Below are positions 63,355-64,000 of a stretch of 64,000 bases of DNA, piece by piece (position 1 is the first letter of the stretch; each line of letters starts with the position of its first letter). The notes below the pieces were generated by a model that searched no databases, was not told the origin of the DNA, and saw nothing but the letters and a program-made list of their open reading frames with translations. Both the position numbers and the translations under genes were made by a program. The stretch comes from an uncultured Nitrososphaerota archaeon (GTDB taxonomy: Archaea > Thermoproteota > Nitrososphaeria > Nitrososphaerales > Nitrosopumilaceae): positions 64,001 through 128,000 of the forward strand of contig CAWGPD010000004.1 of the NCBI GenBank assembly GCA_963824385.1, read 5' to 3'.

Positions 63355-64000
63355 TCAAATTCCAAAAAATCAAAAGGTTTGAAAAAAATCCACCAAAGTA
63401 TTTACAATAATCTACTTGAAACTTAAGATATTACTGGGAGCAATTAGAGATGGCTACCCACAAACTGACCAAGCCTGTAGTCGTGAGGGTTTTTGTGATT
63501 CTCTCACGATAAAATTACTTCAAAATATTTCAAATACAAAAAACGGGTCTCGCCTAATTTTTCTCTACATATTTCATAGATTCGGGCATGATGTTATTGA
63601 TGGCTTTGGAGTCTTTCTTGCAAAGTTCGCATTCACAAACAAATAATCCTTGTTTACCCATACAATCATGATGTTTGTCTTCAAAGCATTTGTAACATAG
63701 AACCATGGGATTCAATTCCTTATAGTAAAATGGTCTATTTCTACCCCCCTATTTTACACCAAACTTGTTAGATCAGAGCAATTTACCAAGTCAAAAAATT
63801 GATAAAAATGATAATTTCTCCAAAATATTGTAATTTTGGAATTTACGCTCAATGGTTAAACCCCCAGTTATTTTCTACTAATTAGGCATAATGTGATTTT
63901 TTCAAAATCGTCTAATTTTAGGGGGGGTGTAACACTTGTGCGTGCATATGCAAGCCAAGGGTCAAAACACCCCCATTACTCAGTAAGAGTTTCATTTTCT

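Noticed and set aside
63416..63646. 76-aa ORF
   Set aside because: TTG start and no recognisable motifs; likely spurious.

Overview
AT-rich archaeal chromosome segment, most consistent with an ammonia-oxidising Thaumarchaeote (Nitrososphaerota, possibly Nitrosotalea-like). This is inferred from protein families such as the IPxWIKNNAxWW surface repeat, cupredoxin, CdvB/ESCRT-III and TrmB/KaiC regulators. About 45 kb (3.6-48.3 kb) is one motility/adhesion/signalling island. It contains a two-component cluster, a che operon with an exact second cheY copy, four archaellin genes (A-B-B'-A') plus arlG/F/H/I/J, one prepilin peptidase, and a second type IV pilus module. That module is coupled to a MoxR AAA+/vWA pair and includes large accessory pilins. 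One pilin carries a fibro-slime (PA14-like) domain inserted into a SpaA/CnaB-like Ig domain, and another carries phage tail-fibre-like domains. The rest is mostly housekeeping (purK, purE, bioD/A/B/F, ccdA + DipZ-like thioredoxin, cdvB), with a small-ORF islet and unannotated Cys/His micro-proteins inside the bio cluster. About ten genes carry single +1 frameshifts that look like consensus artefacts (both alleles of a third-position SNP written side by side). No rRNA, tRNA, CRISPR array, integrase or transposase was recognised. All assignments are from motif reading by eye; no database searches were run.
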